This document shows positions 13,001 to 21,810 of a stretch of 64,000 nucleotides of DNA, one piece after another. The first letter of the stretch is position 1; every line of letters starts with the position of its first letter. The notes beneath the pieces are model-generated. The model was not told the origin of the DNA. It ran no database searches and was given only the letters and a program-made list of their open reading frames with translations. Where the stretch lies: positions 63,387 to 127,386 of the forward strand of contig NIVC01000774.1 of the NCBI GenBank assembly GCA_002269645.1. Direction: 5' to 3'. The position numbers and the translations under genes are program-made. The stretch comes from Macrostomum lignano. Taxonomy: Eukaryota.

Positions 13001-14461
13001 GAGTGCTACGGCGCCTACATCCACTGGGTGGACGAGGCGCTGGCGCTGACTGCCGACCTGCTGGCCGAGACTGGCGACTCCGAAGGCAGCGCCGAGGCGG
13101 CCAAACGCCGCACCGACTGGCTGGCCGAGCACCCCGTCTACAAGTCGCGTCTGGATTGGCAGTCCCTGAACGCCCAGCCAGATAAGGCCTTCTTCAAGAA
13201 GTTCAACCTGTGGACGGAGCGACGGGGCCGGATTATGGGCCAGCTGAGGAAGCAGCAGCTGAAGAGCCAGAAGAGGCAGCAGAAGCATTCGCTGGCTGAG
13301 GCGAATGTCGACAGCGGCGAAGCGTCCAGCGAGTTGCGCAAGACGCTCAAGGACTTCGCCGACGATTCGGACGCCCGTTTCGGCTCTTCAACGTCCTCGT
13401 CGTCGTCGTCCTCCGACGAGTCCTCGGCTGGAGGAGGCGCCAAGGAGGCCGAGCGAGGCAAGAAGAAGGCGCTGAAGAAGCGGAAGGAGCTGCAGCGGCT
13501 GAAGGCCTCTTCGGGCTCGTCGTCTGCCTCTGACTCGGATGACGAGTCTTCAGCGGAAAAGAAGCAAAAGAAGAAAGTAGAGGCTAAAAAGGAGGACAAG
13601 AAGTCGCAGGATAGCAGCAACTCAGATGATTCTGACAAGGGCAAGAAGTCAAAGAAAGACAAGAAGGACAAGAAGGACAAGAAGGACAAGAAGGACAAGA
13701 AGGACAAGAAGGATAAGAAGGACAAGGACAAGAAGGATAAGGACAAGAAGTCTTCGGAAAGTGGAAGCTCAGATGATGATGCCCAAAAAGAAAAGAAGCC
13801 TGAAAAGGATAAGGACAAGAAGGACAAGAAGGACAAGAAAGACAAGGAGGACAAGAAGGACAAGAAGGACAAGAAGGACAAGAAGGACAAGAAAGACAAG
13901 GAGGACAAGAAGGACAAGGAGGACAAGGACGACAAGAAGGACAAGGAGGACAAGGACGACAAGAAGGACAAGAAGGACAAGGACGACAAGAAGGACAAGA
14001 AGGACAAGAAGGATAAGAAGGACAAGGACAAGAAGGATAAGGACAAGAAGTCTTCGGAAAGTGGAAGCTCAGATGATGATGCCCAAAAAGAAAAGAAGCC
14101 TGAAAAGGATAAGGACAAGAAGGACAAGAAGGACAAGAAAGACAAGGAGGACAAGAAGGACAAGGACGACAAGGACGACAAGAAGGACAAGAAGGACAAG
14201 AAAGACAAGAAGAACAAGAAGGACAAGAAGGACAAGAAAGACAAGAAGGACAAGAAAGACAAGAAAGACAAGAAGGAAAAGAAAGACAAGAAGGACAAGA
14301 AGGGAAAGAAAGACAAGGATGACAAAGAGGACAAAGAGGACAAGGAGGACAAGAAGGACAAGAAGGACAAGAAGGACAAGAAGGACAAGAAAGACAAGGA
14401 AGACAAGAAATACAAGAAAAAGAAAAATAAGGCAAAAAAGAGTAAAAAGTCGGGTAGCAGT

Positions 14462-14504
<43 letters not shown>

Positions 14505-17500
14505 CGATCAGCCCCATAGGGTTGGTGCACCTTCTGGTGCGGTCAAAGGAGCTGCCTCATCGCGGCGACCCGGTTTTAACACCAAAGCTCCTAAGTCGTG
14601 GTCTTCAACCCATCTGCCCTCGCGTGCCTTCGGCACGGCTGGCAGGGAGACCGGTTGTTTTGCTGCTGTCTATCTGTCCCGCCTCGTCCTCTTTGCGCTC
14701 GCCCTCACTACGCTCGCCGGGGACATCGAAACTAATCCCGGCCCAGCCTGCAACTCATGCAACGGCCCAATCCGCACGGGCATGCACAGCCTGCCATGTG
14801 AGGTCCCAGAATGTTCCGAGCGCTGTCACTGTCAGAAGAAATGCAGCGGTATGCACCGCGCCGAGATTGTCCGATCTCCGTGGCGCTGCTCTGTGCACCG
14901 CCCCCTTGAATTGGACTCGGCATCCGCTGCGCACCTGCGTGACCTCCCGGCACCCGAGCCCCGCATGTCTCAGCCAACGCGCTGTCACAGCTGCTCAGGG
15001 CCCATCCGCACTGGCACTACTCCGCTCACTTGCGCTGCCAAAGGTTGCGCTCTGGCCTGCCACCGCTCCAGCAACTGCAGCCACATCTCGCGGTATCGTG
15101 GCGCCCCCAGCTGGCTCTGCCCTCTGCATCGGCAGCAGGCGGTCCAACTTCCAGGCGCACACTCCATCTTCCGCCGCCCTGCTCTTACCCGCAGACAAGC
15201 TGATCCCACTACCGACAGAGATCTGAACGATCCAAGCGACGCCCAGCGCCGCTACTGTGCTAAATGCTCGACCGCCATTCGCCGCGGCGTCGCGTTTGTC
15301 AAGTGCAACTCCTGCAGCGCCGCTTACCACAAGTGCTGCACCGGCCTTAATCGCAACGCCGCGGATGCCGCGGCTCGCAGCCCTTGGGACTGCCCAGTTT
15401 GCACAGCGCGCACCCAAGGAGCTCCCGCCCCTTCGGCAGCTACGTCGCGCGTCCCCCTGCAGGACAAGGTCGCCCGCGACACTAAATTTGCCGACAGCCT
15501 CCGTCTTCTCCAGTGGAACGCCGACGGAATCGCCTCCAAACTGCCCGAGCTGGCCGAACGCCTCTCCGACAGCGATATCGACATTGCAGCTGTCCAAGAA
15601 ACGAAGCTCTCCAACCGCACGCAGCTGCCAAAGATCAACGGGTACATCGCCGTGCGCAAAGACCGCGGCGACGGCAGCGGTGGAGGTCTGCTGCTTCTCA
15701 TCAGAGACAAGCTGGCCTTCCGCTCGTCCCCGCAACCCACGGCCACAGCGGACATGGAAATCCAGACGGTCGACATCCAGATATCTACCGCTAACTGGAT
15801 TACCATCACCAACGTCTATGCTCCACCTGTCCGCACCTGCGTCGAGGATCGACAGCTTCCGGACTGGAATCACCTGGGCACTCCGTCTCAGGGCATCATC
15901 CTAGGAGACTTCAACAGCCACTCTCCGGCCTGGGACCCTATACAGCCCCAGGACGAACGAGGCTCCACGCTCCTGGACTGGTCCATCGACACGCAACTGG
16001 AAATCCTTAACGACGGCTCGCCCACCAGAGTCAATAAAGCCACAGGTGGCGAAAGCTCACCGGATGTGTCCTTCGCCTCCTCAAAGCTGGCTAGCAAATG
16101 CACCTGGCAAGTCTCCGATGACCTCGGCAGTGATCACACGCCGATTGTGATCCGCCTTGACCTCAAGGTTAGGACCTTGCCTAAGGCCCAAAGCCGTCTC
16201 ATATGGTGCAAACAAGGGGTCGACTGGAATGCTTTCCAAACGGTCGTCGAGGACAAATTTAAAGCCCTTCACAAAGAGCATCTTACCTTTGACGCCAGAG
16301 CCAAACGCTTTAATGATATAGTCATGCAAGCGGCAAACCTTTGCATCGGCAAAGTCCGTACCTCGCACAGACCGCGTCCCTGGCTCACCCCTGAACTCAA
16401 AGCGGCGATTAAGCTCCGTAACCGCCTCAGGCGCTCCGTTGGCGAGAATAGAGAAGATTGGCTCAGCGCCTGCGCCAACGTTCACAAAATTGCCAGGGCA
16501 ACGAAAGAGGCTGCTTGGCGTGACACGATAACCGATCTTGAGAAAGAGCCCAACTCGAACAAGGCGTGGAAGTTCATCCGCAGCCTTAACGGCACTCCGG
16601 ACTCCAACTGCCCTAATGAGGCCCTCCAGGTCGGCAACAAAGTGTTAACAGACCCTAGAGACAAAGCCAACGCCTTTGCCAAGCAGTACGCCTCTGTCAG
16701 CAGGTACCACATTTCCCATTCGGATCGCGCTACTATCCGAGAAGCCAAAGCCATCCTTCGGCTTCCCCTTCCGCTCCCAGGTTCGACCCACGACGGTTAC
16801 GCCGCCATCACCGAGCAGGAACTGGACTCCGCCATCCAACACCAGCGTGCTAACGGCGCTGCTGGCGCCGACGAGGTCACGCCTCGGTTCATTAAGGCCC
16901 TTGGCCCGCTCGCCCGCGCAGAGCTGCTTAGTCTCTTCAACTGGTCCTTCCAGCACGCGGCCGTCGCTCAATCCTGGCGCACCGCGATTATTATTCCCCT
17001 GCTCAAGGCTGGAAAGTCAGCTCGGGACATCGCGGCCTTTCGCCCCATCAGCCTCACATCCTGTATTGTCAAGCTGCTCGAGCGCATCCTGGTCACTAGA
17101 TTGCACCACCTGGCTGAGCGCCACGGCTGGATCTCCCCGAACCAGGCGGGGTTTCGGGCCAACTACTCCTGCGAGGATCAGCTCCTGAGAGTCACCCAAG
17201 ACATCAGCGACGGGATGAACCTCAAACCATCTGAACGCACGATCATTGCTCTGCTTGATTTTTGTAAAGCCTTTGACAAAGTGTGGCGTGAGCGCCTCAT
17301 CACCGTTATGGCACGCAAACGCGTCCCTCTTGTCTTTATCAAATGGACTGCGGCCTTTTTGCGCCATCGCATTGCCCGCGTGCAACTCCACGGTGCTCGC
17401 AGCTCACCGGTTATCATGCGCCAGGGCCTCCCGCAAGGATCGGTCATCGCTCCGTTTCTCTTCCTTATTTTCATTGACACGGTCAATGACGTGGTCAACC

Positions 17501-20500
17501 CGCCGGCAGAGATCTCCATGTATGCCGACGACATCGCCCTCCGCGCCCGCCACCGCAACAAGCTCGAGGCTCAACGCGCTGTGCAAAGAGCACTCGACAA
17601 CGTGGCCCGCTGGAGCAATGAGCACAAAATGGTCCTAAACCCAGACAAAAGCGAGGCCGCCTTTTTCTCCACGGACACCAGCGAAGCCGCCTGGTCCCCG
17701 GCTATCTCTATCGAAGGCCGGAACCTGCGGCACAATCCAACGCCTCGGCTGCTGGGCCTCACACTGGACCGCACTCTGAGTTTCCGCAGTCATCTGGAGC
17801 ACGTGTGCAATCGGACCACTTCCCGATGCCGTCTCCTCGCCTGCCTGGCCTCCAAGGAATGGGGATGGTCCAAAAAACTCCTGCTCCGCATTTACCGTGC
17901 CATGCAACTTAGCATCATTAACTTCGCTGCGCCGGCCTGGCACCCTTGGCTCTCTGAATCCGCGTTTCAACAGCTGGAGAGAGCGCAGAACGCAGCCCTT
18001 CGTATTGTCACAGGACAACACCGCACGACTCCGGTTGAGGCCCTTAGGCTGGAAGCTGGCATCTGCTCCGTCCGCACTGGTAGCAATGTTATATGCCTGA
18101 CGGCCTTCGAAAGAGCTCAGCGCCTCCCGGATTCTCACCCGTGCCGCATTGCCGCCACTGGAAACACAGCGCACAGGCTACGCAGGAACAGTTGGCGGAA
18201 CCACGTCACCGACCTGCTGCCACTCATTGCTAGCTCGGTCACGCCGCGCGCCATGATCTGCACTGCTCGTCCGCCGCCTTGGGACCCTTTCTCTACCGAC
18301 GTGCGTGTCGACATGGCGTTGCCGGAACCCGGTCCCGCGCGCACAGCCACGGCCATCGACACTATCCGCCACCTCCCAGGCCTGATCACCATCTACTGCG
18401 ACGGCTCGGCATCAGGCGGCACGACCAATGGCGGCGCCTCAGCCATCGTCACGACCGGTGACCCAGCCCACCCTATCATCCTGGCGACTCTTCAACAGCG
18501 CGGCGCGCCCTCCACATCCTCGTTCGAAGAGGAGCTTCGCGCCGCCTCTCTCGCCATCGGCTGGATCAACCAAGCTGCTCTCACCGCGGCTACCAACATC
18601 TGCTCAGACAGCCAATCTATGCTCCGCGCTCTGGCCAGCGGCAACCCCAGAATCAGATCTGCACTACCTACTGCATCTGCCGAAATCACCTGGCAGTGGG
18701 TTCCGGGCCACCAGAATATTCCTGGCAACGAGCTGGCCGACCAAGCAGCCAAAGAGGCCACCACGCTCGTGTCTCCCGCTAGTCAGATCAGCATCCACAG
18801 CGCCAAAAACGTCATCAGAAGATCCGTCCTCGATCCCCCGATACGCCACGAGCGCACCCGGCACGCGTACCGGCTTCTCAACCGTCAATTGGAAGAGGAC
18901 TCCATCACCAACCGTGCCGATGCGGTGCTTCTTGCGCGCTTACGCTCAGGTCACTGCACTCTTTTCAACGCGTATCGCAGCATTGTCGACCCGGCCGTCG
19001 ACCCAGCATGTCACCGCTGCGGCCATCCCTGCGATGACCTGGAACACTGGCTTGACTGCCCAGCTCTCGCCGGCACCAGGCTCCGCCTTCTTGGAGGACC
19101 CACGACAGACATCAGCAGCATTTCCGCCGACCCCCTCGGGTTGATAGCGCTGGCCAGACACTGCCCTTAGCTCTGCCTGGGCGCGTACCACCAAAACAAC
19201 AACAACAACAACAGCAGCAGCAGCAGCAGTAGCAGTAGCAGCAGTAGCAGCAGCTCTTCTTCCAGTAGTAGTTCGGAGGACGAGAAAGAGCACAAGACAC
19301 TGAAAGTTAAGAAACAGTTGAAGCGGAAAAAGAAGAGCCCCAAACCGGACAAGAAATCTGGAAGAAGCTTGTCGTGTTCAAGCGACGCCGCTGAAGGGAG
19401 CGCGACTGACAGCTCCGATGGTGAAGCGGCGAAAAGGTTTCGAACGATTGCTGCGGCGAAAGGAAGGGAGAGTGACCTCCTAAAACTGAAAGGTGAAATT
19501 CAACACAATTATAAGAGACAATTTATGTAAGAAAAAACTTAATATTCTTTCAATATTCGTATTTTTTCTGCACCAAAAACAGTCGTACTGGTCGGAGACT
19601 CTGGCGTCGGCAAGTCCAGCCTGATGACGCGGTTCGTCGAAGGCACTTTCCGGAACCAGATGTTCAGCACGGTGGGCGTTGACTTTTGCACCAAAAATCT
19701 TGAGGTGAACGGGCGGCAAGTGAGTCTGCAGATCTTGGACACCGCCGGGCAGGAAAGGTGAGGAGCTGCATGTACTGGCAACCTGCTGACCCTACCAGTT
19801 CGGTCCTCAATGCGATCCCAGACTCTTTAAGTTCGGTCCTCAATACGACCCCAGACTGTTTAGTTCGGTCCTCAAATACGACCCCAGACTCTTAGTTCGG
19901 TCCTCAATGCGATCCCAGACTATAGTTCGGTCCTCAATACGACCCCAGACTCTTAGTTCGGTCCTCAATGCGATCCCAGACTATAGTTCGGTCCTCAATT
20001 CGACCCCAGACTGTTTAGTTCGGTCCTCAATACGACCCGACTGTTTAGTTCGGTCCTCAATACGACGACGGACTATAGTTCCGTCCTCAATACGACCCCA
20101 GACTGTTTAGTTCGGTCCTCAATACGACCCCAGACTGTTTAGTTCGGTCCTCAATACGACCCCAGACTGTTTACAGTCGGGTCTTGAATATGACCTCAGA
20201 TTCATGTTGGGTGCTGAAATATCTCAAGCGGTTCGGCCATCAAATTTCATAAGTCTGGCCATCGATGCGATGCCTCTGACTGTTCGGTTTGGTCACTAAC
20301 GAACCCCGTCAGCAGACCTGCCTCGCACACACCGATCGCCGTGCAGGTTCCGCTTCCTGGGCCCCAGCTACTACCGCGGCGCCGACGCCGCCATGCTGGT
20401 GTTCGACTCCAGCAACCGATCCAGCTTCGACAGCTGCGCCCGCTGGCTTGACGAGCTCCGCCTGGCGGCTGACCGGCGGCTCACCATCATGCTGGTGGCC

Positions 20501-20724
20501 AACAAAGCTGACCTGCCGTCCGCTGCAGTTTCCAGGGATGAAGCTGAGCGATTTGTTCAAGAATTCGGCCTGGCCGGCTTTGCCGAGGTGAGCGCCATGG
20601 CAGCGGCGGCGGCGTCAGTGGCGCCTTCAAGCAGCTGTTGAAGCTGCGACTGGCGCGGGACGCCGACAATGACGTTGAGAAAGGTGGAAACGGTGACGGA
20701 ATCCTTCTGATTGAGGGTGTCTAG
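7068..20724 (+). CDS. Multidomain CARD - TPR-like - Lys/Asp-rich - Rab-type GTPase protein (~1518 aa reconstructed); this allele is interrupted by a LINE
   Basis: Hand-built exons: 7068-7147, 7583-7837, 7950-8309, 8923-9600, 10780-10904, 11005-11110, 11903-12459, 12943-14503 + 19213-19492 (LINE between), 19583-19757, 20347-20724. All junction phases are compatible, given a GC-AG intron at 9601-10779 and one added G each at 9482-9484 and 20599-20600. Junction DLLKLK|VVLVGDSGVGKS links the Ser/Lys-rich exon to the GTPase. Confidence 0.75.
7583..7990 (+). other. CARD (death-fold) domain, exons 2-3 of the 7068-20724 gene
   Basis: LRLRINRVSLVQQLNVYPVLDILWREKILSDADLKLIK...ADHTRILLDILPTKD...FREALQKT matches the CARD six-helix pattern (L..nR..Lv..l....vLd.L...il...d...i......r.LLdiLp.k....F..aL). 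Recognised by eye; needs an HMM search. Confidence 0.75.
9650..10034 (+). mobile_element. tRNA-derived SINE family 2, copy A (5' degenerate, with a 58-bp AT-rich insert at 9904-9961)
   Basis: Near-identical to 12550-12742, 55883-56205 and 56803-57108 (shared GCACAGTGAAGTGTACATGCCTAACGATAAATAAAGTTA.GGGCCGCTGTACACTCC). Retains B-box-like GGCTCGATTCC. Confidence 0.75.
11205..11483. repeat. 32-bp minisatellite CCATTCTTCCAGGCGTGGGTACATTCTGGATT in intron 6
   Basis: Read directly; period 32 (e.g. ttctggatt at 11281 and 11313). Confidence 0.92.
11489..11800 (-). mobile_element. tRNA-derived CORE-type SINE (family 1), full length
   Basis: Minus strand: tRNA head GGGGGTTGTAGCCTATAGTGGTTAG (A box) ... 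GGTTCGATTCCC (B box). Then GCGTCCTTGAGCAAGACAATTAACT...TCAGTTCAACCAGCTGTAAAATGG, resembling the MIR/CORE motif GTGACCTTGGGCAAGTCACTTAAC...TCAGTTTCCTCATCTGTAAAATGGG. (TAT)n tail; second copy at 47343-47645. Confidence 0.85.
11903..13140 (+). other. TPR-like helical repeats (kinesin-light-chain/TPR_10-12 type), exons 7-8
   Basis: Motifs MGYEHPLLAEAQSLLALA, AGHPLLASLMVNFGQV and LGERSPATARARLILGQLLARLGDVKAAGEQLRRA resemble the G..HP..A..l..La pattern of KLC/NPHP3-type TPRs. Confidence 0.6.
12550..12742 (+). mobile_element. SINE family 2, copy B (5'-truncated) in intron 7
   Basis: Aligns with the 3' half of copies A, C and D. Confidence 0.75.
13650..14410 (+). repeat. Coding low-complexity (KKD)n tract with a 300-bp (100-aa) internal tandem duplication
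   Basis: 9-bp AAGAAGGAC units. The unique spacer KKSSESGSSDDDAQKEKKPEKD occurs identically in lines 13741 and 14041. Confidence 0.93.
14503..19170 (+). CDS. LINE polyprotein: leader-2A / 3x PHD-like fingers / APE endonuclease / reverse transcriptase / RNase H / C-terminal CCHC; intact, 1555 aa from the first codon (first ATG at 14782)
   Basis: APE: QWNADG, AVQET, ILGDFNSH, GSDHTP. RT: FRPISLTSCIVKLLERI, GLPQGS, YADD. RNase H: IYCDGS, SDSQS, WVPGHQNIPGNELAD. Tail CHRCG...EHWLDC. The frame is open, without ATG, from 14503. Confidence 0.93.
14519..14591 (+). ncRNA. Candidate HDV-like self-cleaving ribozyme at the LINE 5' end
   Basis: P2 GGAGCT(14548-53)/AGCTCC(14586-91); P3 GCC(14554-56)/GGC(14564-66); L3 TCATCGC (HDV: TCCTCGC); J4/2 C-C-A-A with putative catalytic C14582. 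P1 is probably GGGTT(14519-23)/GACCC(14567-71), with a GCACC-TTCT-GGTGC hairpin in J1/2. P1 and P4 are short, so activity is uncertain. Confidence 0.6.
14671..14745 (+). other. 2A-like ribosomal stop-go peptide YLSRLVLFALALTTLAGDIETNPG|P
   Basis: GAC ATC GAA ACT AAT CCC GGC CCA (14722-14745) = DIETNPGP. Exact D(V/I)ExNPGP consensus, preceded by G and a hydrophobic helix, in frame with the LINE ORF. Confidence 0.9.
19583..20724 (+). CDS. Rab-family small GTPase domain forming the C-terminus of the 7068-20724 gene (exons 19583-19757, 20347-20724)
   Basis: G1 GDSGVGKS, RabF1-like TVGVDF, G3 ILDTAGQER, RabF3/4 RFRFLGPSYYRGA, G4 VANKAD, G5 EVSA. Intron 19758-20346 is GT-AG, phase 2. No canonical CC/CXC prenylation tail in either possible 3' frame. 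Confidence 0.92.
19797..20172. repeat. 30-33-bp minisatellite AGTTCGGTCCTCAATACGACCCCAGACTGTTT in the Rab-domain intron
   Basis: Read directly, ~12 copies. Confidence 0.92.
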
Positions 20725-21575
20725 AATCTTCAGCCTTCGTACAATTTCTACTTGCTTATTTTGCTTGACTTCCCCGCCTACTTTTTTTCACCGAATCTCC
20801 TTGCCCGGAACTGCAAAAACAGGCGGCCTTTTGTCAGCTCTACTTGACACAGCTGATTATTTTATCGTTTTACGCGAGAAGAAACCGGCCGCTAACGCAG
20901 CTACTCGCAGTAGAGCAATACGTAAAGCGAGAGAATTTTTATCTTTGCTGCCAACAAAACACTTTTCTGTTAATCTCTGTTTTGTACCCAAATTTGTCCA
21001 TTCCTTCGAGACGTTTTTATAAACAGGGGATTTTTCCAGAGCTTTGAATTCTTTAATCTCTGTAACCTGACTTTGATAATCTCAACACGGCTTTACAAAT
21101 ATTTACAAAATGCTATGAAATCACGATAAAAGATTAATAATTGAATAAATTGGGTTGGCTGAGAATTATTGGTCATTTTAAACTCCTCAGCTCAGTATAA
21201 CAAAAATTGTATGCATGATTGTTCATTTATTAATAGAATTATTCGTTCCACAAGCCAGCAGAAATGAAATACTAATATTTTGAAATCCACATACACTTAA
21301 CATGTCTGATAGCCTACTGAGCCGAGTAGTAAAGCGGGAGAGAGAATGGCAAAATAGTTATGGTTAAATATATAATTATATCGATGATATAAACTTGAAT
21401 ACAAAGCAAAGCCGCACAGGTGTGTAAAATGAGCAAAGGTATTTACAGTACAAAATCGATAAGCATTGCTAAGCAAGCACATTTCAAGGTCAAACTGCTT
21501 TGCGCTTATTTAAATTCAATTCAAGGATTAAAACTGAGTAAAAGCAGCAGGAGTTCCACGCTGCAGAGGCGAATT

Positions 21576-21578
<3 letters not shown>

Positions 21579-21606
<28 letters not shown>
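21579..21606. repeat. (TA)n microsatellite
   Basis: Read directly. Confidence 0.9.
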
Positions 21607-21609
<3 letters not shown>

Positions 21610-21810
21610 TACTATAACTGTGTTGATTATGAAAATACTGCGCTACTCAAAATTAAGGGCATAACATATTTCATAATAACATTATCAGTATGGTTAAAAT
21701 ACGCGGGTCGCTAAGTCTACTATGAGTAGTAAACAGTTTTCAGCAAACAAGAAGGATGATCGAAGAACTCTGTTGAATTGCCACTGTCTCGCGCGAGATT
21801 GAAAACAGTT

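Larger units (their letters stand above)
14503..19212 (+). mobile_element. Full-length Ingi-like (I-group) non-LTR retrotransposon inserted in the host (AGC)n poly-Ser tract
   Basis: Flanked by (AGC)14 on the left and (AGC)5 on the right, where the host frame resumes (SSS...SEDEKEHK). Single long ORF, 24-bp 3' UTR, (AAC)6 tail at 19195-19212. RNase H plus single ORF plus 2A is the Ingi-type organisation. Confidence 0.93.

Noticed and set aside
13138-14530. Long antisense and alternative-frame ORFs (FLSFLS, SCPSCP, TRRTRR) over the KKD tract
   Set aside because: Shadows of a stop-free low-complexity repeat; only the KKD frame is spliced to neighbouring exons.
14504-15226. C-terminal 240 aa of ORF 13028-15226 as genuine host protein
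   Set aside because: It is out-of-frame read-through into the LINE 5' region; the real host frame resumes at 19213.
20600-20641. C-terminal ...SSSC* as a prenylation signal for the Rab domain
   Set aside because: Not a CC/CXC/CAAX motif, and this frame lacks the final G-domain helix (AFKQLL) found in the -1 frame.
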